Source: a virus
Virus record (IMG/VR): IMGVR_UViG_3300045988_131275
Location: 96,001-160,000 of that record
DNA: 64,000 nucleotides
Reading direction: 5' to 3' (one strand)
The translations under genes were made by a program, and so were the position numbers. The stretch's first letter is position 1. Each line of letters starts with the position of its first letter. Under the pieces are notes generated by a model, which saw only the letters and a program-made list of their open reading frames with translations, was not told where the DNA came from and did not search any database. Shown here piece by piece: positions 17,146-26,026 of the stretch.

Positions 17146-19443
17146 TTATGCAACTGCTCCTTTATTAAATGCAATCAAGTCATTTCTCATATTGAGATAG
17201 TTCTTTTTCTGATCAACATCATATGTATTATTTCTATTGAAATAATCCTTAAACCAATCGTCACAATCTACATCGTTCTGATAGGCATATGCAATAACTC
17301 CAATGATAGAATCATGGTTAGCGGCATCGAGAAGTTTTGATGAATTGTCAACGTCTAAAGTAATCGTATCTAAATATTCTTCATAGTCCTGCATATCAAG
17401 TTCTGAAACTGCCTCATCAACACAATCCTGTACAAACTTTAATGCAGATTTCATATCAGTATGAATTGTATTATCAATTACTTCTCCGCTCACATGTTCA
17501 ATTTCCTTATTTCCGATTGCTGAATACTCCGTTACTTCTGCAATAACAGGATTTTCAGAGGATTCCTCAACGGATTCTGTGTCAAATAAATCTTCGTCAA
17601 TCACTTCTGCTCCCGATTCTTCGGTTGACTCTTCAACAGAATCTTCGATATGTAAGTATTCTTTCATCAGAGTAAGCAAATGATTGAATCTTTTTGTTAC
17701 GGAAGAACGATCCTTTGTTCCTTTCTGCCCATTTAAGCAATCGTATGTAATACCATCAATTTCTTTATTATGTAATGTTTCTTTAAATTCCTGAATAAAT
17801 TCATTAAATTTATCATCTTCAATGTCATATTCTAAGAATTTATCAAATAAAGCAAACCATAAAAATGAATTTTTGTTATTAAAAATATCTGATGTATCAC
17901 CTCTTAACACATTAGATAACTTCTCCAATGTCAAATAAAAATCAATAAATACTGATTCATTTGCATTTTCAGTTAAGTAAGCACACATTTTACCAAAGTC
18001 TTTATCAAAATGGCTAAGATATTTAGATGTCATTATTGCTTCAATAATAATTCTTCTAAGTGATCCATTCTTAATATTCGTATTTGAATAACTTGACTTA
18101 TCACAATCAACCTTAAAGAAGTCCATCTTTAAAATCTTATCTACATATTCAGCATAGGATTCTTCTAATCCTAGCCATCCTGACTGAGAAACGTTCATTG
18201 GTCTACATCTATTGAATCGTGCAATATCATAAGCAATATCTTTCTTTGTACAATTCAAATTGAGCATTACAGGAACTTGATAATCTCTAAATTTGTCCTG
18301 TAATTCTTCTGGCAACTGAGAAAATTTCTTTCCACGAATATCAAATACTTTGCTTTTTGGTATTGGAAACCCATCTTCATTCAAAATTACATTACCATCT
18401 TCATCTGTTTTGTCACTCTGATATTCAATCATATATCTTTGTACATTCTTTGAAATAGCAAATCCATCTTCAAGATAATCTTTTAAATTTGTAGAACGCT
18501 GTTTACCATCAATTAACCAGTGCATTATAATTCCAGCTTTGATTTCTTCTGAAATTACAATCTGTAAAAGTGAATTACCTTGTAAAATATCAGAAATTAA
18601 TTCACTTTTTGTAAGTAAACTCCATTGTCCAGAAGTTCTTTGTAATGGATGATTATCTCTTAATCTGTGCTGTCTCAACTGTTTACTAAGAGATTCTATT
18701 GAATAACTGGTAGACTTCGTTCTTTCTGATGTTGTTGTTTTTGTTTCCATTGGTAATTCCTCCTCAATATTTGCATTCTCACATTCTTCTGCCTTTAGAA
18801 GTTGTCTTTTTTCATATTCTTTCATGTCAGAAAGATATGTATTATATTCTTTGTCTGAAAGCTTTAATATACTTTTAATTTCCGTAGAATTGCATCCTTG
18901 CATTATTAAATCTGCAATTTTGCGTTCTATGCACCCAAGAGAAGCAATGTATTTAACTACATTTTCTCCAAGATTTAATAGCTCTCCTACATCAATACTG
19001 CTTTCTATATCAAAATCAGAAGGAATTATATCAATCATTTTTGTTTGTCCATCATCAGACATGAGATTATCTAATGATGTTGGATAAATATATTCCTTAA
19101 TTTCCTTTCCATCTTCCATTTTTGTTACAATTTTGCAACGCTTTTGTCTGTTTTTTCTTGTAATATACATCTTAACTTTTCTGGAAATTGCAAAATATAT
19201 AAATCCATTGAATTTATCTTCATCAAAATCTTCAATTCCTTTATCTAATTGACTTTTGATGTATTTTGTAATTTCTAAATTTGCTATAGAATAACATTCA
19301 TTCCTGTCAATATCGGTGATACCACCAAACTGTTTTAGAATTTTATCTACAACATTATGTAATTTCTTTGCTGATTCTTCTGGTTTATTCTCATTCACTT
19401 TGTAATAAGATTCCAAAATTTGTGTGTAGTGCATTTGTATCAC
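17146..19443 (-). CDS. sigma-factor-like N-terminal region fused to DUF262 (ParB/GmrSD-N-like) domain protein
   Basis: N-terminus has a region-4-like helix-turn-helix (HTH): ERKIADLIMQGCNSTEIKSILKLSDKEYNTYL. Middle has HPLQRTSGQW and LIDGKQRST (DGQQR-type motif of DUF262). No HNH/DUF1524 motif seen in the C-terminus. Confidence 0.65.
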   Translation of the reverse strand: MIQMHYTQILESYYKVNENKPEESAKKLHNVVDKILKQFGGITDIDRNECYSIANLEITKYIKSQLDKGIEDFDEDKFNGFIYFAISRKVKMYITRKNRQKRCKIVTKMEDGKEIKEYIYPTSLDNLMSDDGQTKMIDIIPSDFDIESSIDVGELLNLGENVVKYIASLGCIERKIADLIMQGCNSTEIKSILKLSDKEYNTYLSDMKEYEKRQLLKAEECENANIEEELPMETKTTTSERTKSTSYSIESLSKQLRQHRLRDNHPLQRTSGQWSLLTKSELISDILQGNSLLQIVISEEIKAGIIMHWLIDGKQRSTNLKDYLEDGFAISKNVQRYMIEYQSDKTDEDGNVILNEDGFPIPKSKVFDIRGKKFSQLPEELQDKFRDYQVPVMLNLNCTKKDIAYDIARFNRCRPMNVSQSGWLGLEESYAEYVDKILKMDFFKVDCDKSSYSNTNIKNGSLRRIIIEAIMTSKYLSHFDKDFGKMCAYLTENANESVFIDFYLTLEKLSNVLRGDTSDIFNNKNSFLWFALFDKFLEYDIEDDKFNEFIQEFKETLHNKEIDGITYDCLNGQKGTKDRSSVTKRFNHLLTLMKEYLHIEDSVEESTEESGAEVIDEDLFDTESVEESSENPVIAEVTEYSAIGNKEIEHVSGEVIDNTIHTDMKSALKFVQDCVDEAVSELDMQDYEEYLDTITLDVDNSSKLLDAANHDSIIGVIAYAYQNDVDCDDWFKDYFNRNNTYDVDQKKNYLNMRNDLIAFNKGAVA

Positions 19444-19477
19444 CGATTCCTTTCTGTCAATAGTTACTATGTAATAT

Positions 19478-20224
19478 TTATTTCTTCTCCCTGGTTATAC
19501 CTTTCGCATAATCTTCGAGATAAGATTTACTCAACCGCCTATATTTATATTTTGAGTTCATGATTGTATCAATCACTTTCATATATTTCTTGCTTTTAAA
19601 TCTTTCAATGTGGTATTGAAAGAGCTTTGCGCAATTTCTATTTCTCTTGCATATAGCTCGTTGGCGTTCATACCATTGCAACAAATAACTAATTCTGCTC
19701 ATTGCAACAGTACCTAATTTAGTATCTTCATCTCTTATAAAGTGCCTTACATCGAGAATCTTCAAGTCATATTCTTTGATAAGATATTCCATATTCTCAA
19801 TATAACATTCTCTATCAGAAACACATTCAATCACCATCTTAAAGAAATTTCCTATATCTACATGATTTACAGACATTTCTTTCTCTAAAGATGTTTCTCC
19901 ATGATATGTATAAGGATTGTCATACTTAGGATTTCTCTGATAATCCTCATAATAATCATCGAGTTCTGTTAGTACATCATTGATATCATCTGGTAATGAT
20001 TCTTCAATTTGCTTAACAGGTGTACTGATCTCAGGAATAAGCTGCACATTAAAGTGAAATTTCCGCATAGGTTTTGGAAGATTTCTAATAATGTTTCGTG
20101 CTTTATCTTCTGGAAATTTATCGGCAAGTACCTGACCGCACGTTTGTGGAGTACCATTTGAATCAAGTCGGATGTACTGTTTACCGTTAGTAATAAAACA
20201 TTCCAACTGTATCTCTCCTTTCAT
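19478..20224 (-). CDS. hypothetical protein
   Basis: 248-aa ORF, co-directional. Confidence 0.6.
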   Translation of the reverse strand: MKGEIQLECFITNGKQYIRLDSNGTPQTCGQVLADKFPEDKARNIIRNLPKPMRKFHFNVQLIPEISTPVKQIEESLPDDINDVLTELDDYYEDYQRNPKYDNPYTYHGETSLEKEMSVNHVDIGNFFKMVIECVSDRECYIENMEYLIKEYDLKILDVRHFIRDEDTKLGTVAMSRISYLLQWYERQRAICKRNRNCAKLFQYHIERFKSKKYMKVIDTIMNSKYKYRRLSKSYLEDYAKGITREKK

Positions 20225-20235
20225 TTTTCTTTTAA

Positions 20236-20308
20236 TGGAAACTATAGGACTTGAACCTATACCCTACAGTTCTAAGACCGTCACTCTCCCAAATTGAGCT
20301 AAGTTTCC
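20236..20308 (-). tRNA. tRNA gene with atypical 6-nt anticodon loop (CUUAGA; nominal anticodon UAG)
   Basis: Hand-folded: acceptor GGAAACU/AGUUUCC, U8, D arm GCUC/GAGU with GG, T arm AUAGG-UUCAAGU-CCUAU, 5-nt variable loop; anticodon stem ACGGU/ACUGU leaves only 6 loop nt. Confidence 0.6.
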
Positions 20309-20424
20309 AAAAAATGCGTACAAAAACAACGATGAAAGCCGACTTTCATTTGTGATATTTCTCTATATTTAGTTGTAATTAATTGGAATAATCGCAGAAA
20401 CGCTATGATTAATAAAGATTTTGC

Positions 20425-20453
20425 TTGACATTTTTTGCCAAGAGTTCTAAACT
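20425..20453 (+). promoter_or_regulatory. sigma-70-type promoter TTGACA-17-TAAACT
   Basis: Spacing counted by hand. Confidence 0.45.
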
Positions 20454-20459
20454 AATTAT

Positions 20460-20561
20460 AACATATTAGATTATTCCAGTAATCTTCTATGTTGTGTTGT
20501 TTGTAAGGTTCTTATCTCATATGGTGTTCCCGCACCGAGATAAGATCCTTACTTTTTTATT
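20460..20561 (+). ncRNA. candidate ~100-nt small RNA
   Basis: Promoter at 20425; 14-bp hairpin AAGGTTCTTATCTC/GAGATAAGATCCTT (one mismatch) followed by ACTTTTTTATT; no credible ORF. Confidence 0.4.
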
Positions 20562-20643
20562 ATCTTGTGAAGATGTTCATATCATATACCAAACATTTGT
20601 TCGTGTCAATACTTTCCAGAACATTTGTTTGTATTTTTTGATT

Positions 20644-20922
20644 TTATATTTTCATATGTCCCTTCTCAGCAAATAATATCGTTTTCTCCTTATTTTTATC
20701 TTGTGTTTTTAATGTGGACATTATAAAGTTTCTATTATACGTGATCGGAAGCCCAGTTGTAATAGCTTTAATTCCACAAGTAATACTAATTGGAATAGCT
20801 TCACAATCAGGAGATCTTGTATCTAAATCAAATGAGGAAAATAACACATTCTCTCCACCGTTTTTCTTATACTCAGTTAATAACCTTATCGCTTCATCTA
20901 CGGACACAATTCTTCCACTCAT
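20644..20922 (-). CDS. hypothetical protein coupled to MazF-like toxin gene
   Basis: ATGA overlap with toxin stop. Confidence 0.55.
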   Translation of the reverse strand: MSGRIVSVDEAIRLLTEYKKNGGENVLFSSFDLDTRSPDCEAIPISITCGIKAITTGLPITYNRNFIMSTLKTQDKNKEKTILFAEKGHMKI

Positions 20923-21308
20923 GCTAATTCCTCCACTCTGATTTTCTTTTTACCATATAAGTTTGCAAGGAAACATTTTTCTACTAAAAGTCTATCCTCT
21001 TCATTGTCAATATTTCCCCATTTTTCAACTACATCACGCTTATCAATAGTAAAAATTTGTTCCCCTAAAACCATTGAGTCACATTTTAAACCATTAGATT
21101 TACTAGCTTTAATTACTTCGTGAGTGGGCTGCTCAACCTTTTTGATTTTACTGGTTAAGCACATGACAATCAAAGTAGGAGCAAACTTATTTCCAGAATC
21201 ATTCTGAATTATAACAACAGGTCTTTCGATCTGCTGAACGTGTGATTTAGCTGATGTATTAACATTTGTTTTGACATAAAGAATATCAAATATATTAAAC
21301 TCCATCAT
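20919..21308 (-). CDS. MazF/PemK (EndoA-like) endoribonuclease toxin
   Basis: ERPVVIIQNDSGNKFAPTLIVMCLTSKIKKVEQPTHEVI closely parallels the conserved RPVLVIQND.GN..SPT.IV...T......LPTHVEI core of Bacillus EndoA/MazF (recalled). Confidence 0.8.
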   Translation of the reverse strand: MMEFNIFDILYVKTNVNTSAKSHVQQIERPVVIIQNDSGNKFAPTLIVMCLTSKIKKVEQPTHEVIKASKSNGLKCDSMVLGEQIFTIDKRDVVEKWGNIDNEEDRLLVEKCFLANLYGKKKIRVEELA

Positions 21309-21448
21309 ATCGTGTGTGCAGCTCCTTTCTTTATCTTATGTACCCTATTATATTACTCTTTACAATAACTGTCAAGAATTATTTTAAAGAATTATTGTTA
21401 AAAATAACTTTTTATGATATACTTTTAAACATAACGGAGGTGTAATAT

Positions 21449-21865
21449 ATGCTGAAATTAGATGTTAAAAAATATGTTGATAAACAGTTTGATAACCTGA
21501 ATCAATTTGCTAAAGCTACAGGATTAAACTATCAAGCTGCTCAAAAAATTTACAATGGCGAAACAACCAGAATTACATTTGACAATCTTGAATCTATATG
21601 TAAAACTTTAAAGGTTACGCCAAATGACATCTTTACATTTGAAGATGTTAAGTCTCCAACAAAAAATGAAGCAAATGATACTTCTATGCCATCCATATCT
21701 AAAAATATTTTACATTCAATACAAATAAATCCAAAGAATATAAAAACAGATGGCGATTCTGATAAACTTCTTATAGAACTTATACAACAAATTGTTGATA
21801 ATTCTATAGAGGAGCAATTAAAACAATATTCCATTAATGTTAAAAGTAAAAGCGATGACAAATAG
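21449..21865 (+). CDS. XRE-family HTH transcriptional regulator
   Basis: LNQFAKATGLNYQAAQKIYNGETTRITFDNLESICKTLKVTPNDIF; GGAGG RBS; divergent from toxin gene. Confidence 0.75.
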   Translation: MLKLDVKKYVDKQFDNLNQFAKATGLNYQAAQKIYNGETTRITFDNLESICKTLKVTPNDIFTFEDVKSPTKNEANDTSMPSISKNILHSIQINPKNIKTDGDSDKLLIELIQQIVDNSIEEQLKQYSINVKSKSDDK

Positions 21866-21905
21866 TCATCGCCTACATAGTTATTGCTTAAAAGCAACCT
21901 TTCAT

Positions 21906-22175
21906 CTAATCTTTTTCTTCTACATCATAACCATATAAATCCTTTAACATATCCATTTCTTCAAATGAACTTAGAACTTCTTTGCCACCTTTATAAAAAT
22001 ATTTCTCAACAGCAACATCATTTCCATTTTGTAATACTGAAAAGACGTATTCAATTTCACCGTTCTTCATATACACATATCGTTTTAAATCAGCATCGTT
22101 AATATATTTAATTTCTTCTTTTGTTGCTTTCGATACGTCCTTAAACATAATATCTTTTAATCTCATATAGACCAC
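21906..22175 (-). CDS. hypothetical protein
   Basis: packed ORF. Confidence 0.55.
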   Translation of the reverse strand: MVYMRLKDIMFKDVSKATKEEIKYINDADLKRYVYMKNGEIEYVFSVLQNGNDVAVEKYFYKGGKEVLSSFEEMDMLKDLYGYDVEEKD

Positions 22176-22205
22176 CTCACTTGAAAGCTGGATTTCAGCG
22201 TTGTA

Positions 22206-22598
22206 TTATTCAATTCTAATTTCCGTCACACTACCATGCATTTCGTCATATAACTGAGAAGCAATAGTTTCTAAGTCATCAAAATAATAATCCCATAAAT
22301 CACATTGGAATCCATCTGGTGTGTCATTAATATAATATGTCGTGTCTAAATCCGTATCAATTGCCACAACAATACTATCGAATCCACGTTTCTCTGCATC
22401 TACATACGCAGATGTAACTTGTTCTAAAAACTCGTCCTGATCCATAGGTTCATCAAGTAAATCATATCCCACACTAATATTTCTATTTGCATACTCATCT
22501 GCAAATTTTTCTAAATCTTCTTCTGTTTTTACCCATTCTGGAACTGTAATAATATCTCCACCGCTTAATCCTACCCATACTTTTATTTTCTTAACCAT
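22206..22598 (-). CDS. hypothetical protein
   Basis: Start moved to MVKKIKVW (GGAGG RBS). Confidence 0.55.
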   Translation of the reverse strand: MVKKIKVWVGLSGGDIITVPEWVKTEEDLEKFADEYANRNISVGYDLLDEPMDQDEFLEQVTSAYVDAEKRGFDSIVVAIDTDLDTTYYINDTPDGFQCDLWDYYFDDLETIASQLYDEMHGSVTEIRIE

Positions 22599-22629
22599 TT
22601 TTATACCTCCATGAAAGTCGAATTTCAAC

Positions 22630-22887
22630 TTAGTAAAATCCACTTTCTGATAATTTTTTATTATTTATCTCTTCTAAAAATTCATCATTTCTAATCTTTG
22701 CCATATCTACTCTTATTTTTGCTTCTGATATTCGTTCACGAATACTCCAAGTATAATAAGATGAAATTTCACAATCGTCCAATATTTTACAAAGATTTGC
22801 TAATTCATAAGATATATTTGATAATTGCGTATCTAAAATATTATTAATATCAAATAGTTTTGTCTGTTGAGTATTACTTATATTCAT
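22630..22887 (-). CDS. hypothetical protein (85 aa)
   Basis: Internal Met MNISNTQQ of track ORF 22630..23046; the longer form would overlap the zinc-ribbon ORF. Confidence 0.45.
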   Translation of the reverse strand: MNISNTQQTKLFDINNILDTQLSNISYELANLCKILDDCEISSYYTWSIRERISEAKIRVDMAKIRNDEFLEEINNKKLSESGFY

Positions 22888-22942
22888 AAAATCACTTCCA
22901 TTCCATAAAATCAGTCTTTCATTCCAACTTTTTGCTTCACTC

Positions 22943-23113
22943 CTTATTATACTTCTCCGCACATTCTCTACAATAGAACTGATCTTCTTTACTGACATAA
23001 TAGCCATCCTCATAACTTCCTTTAACACATCGGATTTCGTCATCATTTCCTTTTTCTTCTGTAAGAATGAATTTACCGCATTTACAACAATAAATATCGT
23101 TAATATCAGGCAT
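22943..23113 (-). CDS. small zinc-ribbon protein (56 aa)
   Basis: Own translation MPDINDIYCCKCGKFILTEEKGNDDEIRCVKGSYEDGYYVSKEDQFYCRECAEKYNKE; CxxC twice. Confidence 0.45.
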
Positions 23114-23525
23114 TATTTATTCCTCCAGTTTCAATGTTATTCTTTTCATCACAATACTTTTTTGCATCATCATATGTTTCAAACAAATGAATTTCATCTG
23201 ATAATTCTTTAACTCTACCGTAATATGAATCGAATCCTATTAATTTATAGGAAATAATTGGATTATTATTTTCATTGACTGTAATTTTAATAGCAACAAT
23301 CTTCCAGTTGATATTATGCACATCATAATAATTCACGGTTTTTTCGTTAAATCTTAGACCTTTTCCACCACATTTGGGACACTGACATCTTTCTTGTTTA
23401 TAAATAAAGAATCCATTACCTTCACAAAATGTACATGGTGTATAATTTGCTATTGTCTTTCTACGTTTATACACAAGACGTACTTCCTGTCCTACTTTAA
23501 ACTTTGTGTTAATATGTAAATCCAT
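23106..23525 (-). CDS. protein with DnaJ-type CxxCxGxG zinc-finger repeats
   Basis: CTFCEGNG and CPKCGGKG. Confidence 0.6.
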   Translation of the reverse strand: MDLHINTKFKVGQEVRLVYKRRKTIANYTPCTFCEGNGFFIYKQERCQCPKCGGKGLRFNEKTVNYYDVHNINWKIVAIKITVNENNNPIISYKLIGFDSYYGRVKELSDEIHLFETYDDAKKYCDEKNNIETGGINNA

Positions 23526-23535
23526 AATTTTCCCT

Positions 23536-23688
23536 CTATTCTTTCTTCTTCAAAATCTTAGTCACTTCTCCAACACTTATGCAGAATCTTTTAGCAATAT
23601 CTTTCTTGTCTCCACTTCTATTATAAGCATTCACAATATCATCGTATGTAAATTCTTTCTCTACTGGTAGATTCATAAAGCTATCCAT
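23536..23688 (-). CDS. small HTH protein (50 aa)
   Basis: Own translation MDSFMNLPVEKEFTYDDIVNAYNRSGDKKDIAKRFCISVGEVTKILKKKE. Confidence 0.45.
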   Translation of the reverse strand: MDSFMNLPVEKEFTYDDIVNAYNRSGDKKDIAKRFCISVGEVTKILKKKE

Positions 23689-23749
23689 AATCTATATTCC
23701 TCCGTATTCTTGCTATAATATACTTCTCTGTTGATCTCATATAATACCT

Positions 23750-24574
23750 CTATTCTATCATATCTGGATCATCTTGTGGACATAAATAATCTTCTGGTGT
23801 TTCTTCTTCATTCGAGAAAATGCACATTCTTTCCTGGTTTTTAAATATTTCTTCATCAGTGATACAAATATATCTTAAAGTAATACGCATATCAGAATGT
23901 CCGAAAATTGTCATAAGCTGTATAAGAGCCTGTTGTTTGTCTGGTGCTGCTAAATAATAACTATGTCCAAAAGTCTTACGAAGTCCATGAGTACCAATAG
24001 ACTGTTTAATACCTGCTTTTATTCTATTCCTCTCAACAGTTCTGTACCATGTCATTTCTCCAATATGTTCACCTTTATTAGAAGAAAAGATATAATCAGT
24101 CAACTCAGGTGTTTCATTATGATCTTCTAACCACTTATGCCAATTCTGAATTGCCATTTTAAAATCACTGTCGTATCTTAATTTAACATATTTTCTTTTA
24201 ATTACATTTCCACACCTATCTCTACGCTCTGTTTTTTCTGGAACAAACTTCTGTGACTTTTTAATTTTCCATCCATCTTCATATACATCTTTCCATGTGA
24301 ATTTACAAAAATCCCCACCACGTAATCCAATATTAATTGCACATATGAACATTGTGAGATTTCGCATAGCATTCTTTTCTTTATTAACAGTAGTTGCACT
24401 ATCAACATCTGCTTTAAATACATTGTATACAGATAAAATTTCATCCTTAGTATACAAGCATTCCATCTCTGTTGACTTTCCACGCCGTAATGTTTTCTGT
24501 TTTGGAAAGTTATATATCGTTGCTTTCTGTTTCTGACTAATATAATATGGCTGTTGAACTGCTAAAGCTTGCAT
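23750..24574 (-). CDS. tyrosine recombinase / phage integrase family protein
   Basis: GLRGGD (Arg I), HGLRKTFGH (HxxR), FGHSD, TLRYI (Tyr). Confidence 0.8.
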   Translation of the reverse strand: MQALAVQQPYYISQKQKATIYNFPKQKTLRRGKSTEMECLYTKDEILSVYNVFKADVDSATTVNKEKNAMRNLTMFICAINIGLRGGDFCKFTWKDVYEDGWKIKKSQKFVPEKTERRDRCGNVIKRKYVKLRYDSDFKMAIQNWHKWLEDHNETPELTDYIFSSNKGEHIGEMTWYRTVERNRIKAGIKQSIGTHGLRKTFGHSYYLAAPDKQQALIQLMTIFGHSDMRITLRYICITDEEIFKNQERMCIFSNEEETPEDYLCPQDDPDMIE

Positions 24575-24585
24575 AATTCCACCTC

Positions 24586-24771
24586 CTAATATACATCATT
24601 CTTCCGTATCTTCTCTAATTTCTCTTTCTTTTGATTAAGATGTCGCACTCTTGCCCTTGGTTTATACTTGTCACATCTCTGACAATAATGCCAATGGTTT
24701 GCATCTCTGCCTTTCTTGCATTCACCCATACAGATATAGTACAGGCATGGTGTCTCTCTATCTTTTGCCAT
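24586..24771 (-). CDS. small Cys/His-rich basic protein
   Basis: CLYYICMGECKK...HWHYCQRCDK. Confidence 0.5.
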   Translation of the reverse strand: MAKDRETPCLYYICMGECKKGRDANHWHYCQRCDKYKPRARVRHLNQKKEKLEKIRKNDVY

Positions 24772-24863
24772 ATTGGTTTCCTCCGTATATTTTTATAACT
24801 GCTTCTTTTGTCAAGAGAAGCATAGAACTTGCTTAACGCATATACAGCGTTAATAATATGTAT

Positions 24864-25772
24864 TTAACTTACCATTGGTGTCTGTCCTACCATTTCAGTA
24901 GGTGATTTATCGTATGATTCACATAATGCAGCGAATGTTTTAAGAACTTTACTCCATTCATCTTCCTTAATCCATTGAAGATATGGAGATTTACCACGTT
25001 GTTTTAACGCAATTCCGTATTTGTACTGCAAGTTTCTATATAGCTCATTCCACATATCAGGGTAGCGATTATGTGTCACAAGAGCAAGTTTTCTAATTCC
25101 TGCATTAAGAACACTTCTGTCTTTCCATTCAAGAATATCACCTGCAAGGGCTTTATTATCTTTCTCCAACTTGTCAATATGCCGATTCTTAAATGCAATT
25201 AATTTTGATGTTGCTACCGCCGCTGCACTCGGATCACCACTTGATATTGCCATCCCAACTTCTAACATAAGTTTCTGTTCTTCTGTAATATCAATAATTT
25301 TGGTTTCGGATGAGGTCTTTTCTTCTATATTAAGAAGTTGTGTTCTGACTTCTTTTGCTACATCAGATTGTTGTAATAACATTCCGATTCTTAAAACAGC
25401 TCTTCTACTAAACGCTTTAAGCCCACGATTATTAATTGTGATGATTTGTCCATCCTCAAAAGTATATGTAACGGAAGTTTGTTTCTTTTCAACGGAAGTA
25501 ATATTTAGTTTACTTCCGTCATAATAGCTTCTTGGGAACATCTCAACGCCATCTAAATCAATTTCACCTTTATTATTAGAATATAAAATCTTTATATATT
25601 CCGGTGTTACTTCATAATAATCTGCAACTTGATCAATAGACATCATATTTGTTCCAGGTAAAAGCAATAATTGTTTTACCTTTTCAAGAACTTCATAATG
25701 ATTAACGCACTTATCTCTAAGTGTTCTATCGTTACATAGTGGGCTTTCATCTTGATTTTTAATTCTACTCAT
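24864..25772 (-). CDS. putative DNA-binding / antirepressor-like protein
   Basis: N-terminal MMSIDQVADYYEVTPEYIKILYSNN resembles KilA-N/ORF6N-type HTH (weak); position downstream of an RHH gene. Confidence 0.55.
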   Translation of the reverse strand: MSRIKNQDESPLCNDRTLRDKCVNHYEVLEKVKQLLLLPGTNMMSIDQVADYYEVTPEYIKILYSNNKGEIDLDGVEMFPRSYYDGSKLNITSVEKKQTSVTYTFEDGQIITINNRGLKAFSRRAVLRIGMLLQQSDVAKEVRTQLLNIEEKTSSETKIIDITEEQKLMLEVGMAISSGDPSAAAVATSKLIAFKNRHIDKLEKDNKALAGDILEWKDRSVLNAGIRKLALVTHNRYPDMWNELYRNLQYKYGIALKQRGKSPYLQWIKEDEWSKVLKTFAALCESYDKSPTEMVGQTPMVS

Positions 25773-25915
25773 ATTAAAATCCTTTCGTATGTAAAATTGT
25801 TAATAGTTACTTCTAAACAGTATTTCTCCATTTAGTTTGTAAATATTTGCAATCACATAAGCGATCATTTCAATATTTAGTTATCAAGGTACAATTTATG
25901 TATGGAAAATATGAC

Positions 25916-25944
25916 TTGAAATAGTCCTAGGAATGTAATATAAT
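25916..25944 (+). promoter_or_regulatory. sigma-70-type promoter TTGAAA-17-TATAAT
   Basis: Hand-counted 17-nt spacer; opposite strand to surrounding genes. Confidence 0.55.
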
Positions 25945-25950
25945 GAAAAA

Positions 25951-26026
25951 GACTAGAACTTTGGTTCAAGTTGTTGTAGTGTAGGTTGTCGCTTTGGTCG
26001 GTTGAGAACCTACACTATTTTATTTT
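25951..26026 (+). ncRNA. candidate ~75-nt antisense small RNA (copy 1)
   Basis: Starts after the promoter above; ends at hairpin AGTGTAGGTT/AACCTACACT plus ATTTTATTTT, which overlaps the RHH stop codon. Confidence 0.5.

Noticed and set aside
22630-23046. Full-length 138-aa version of this ORF
   Set aside because: Its first 53 codons overlap a better-looking 56-aa double-CxxC ORF (22943..23113) in another frame. The shorter MNISN start is kept, but this remains uncertain.
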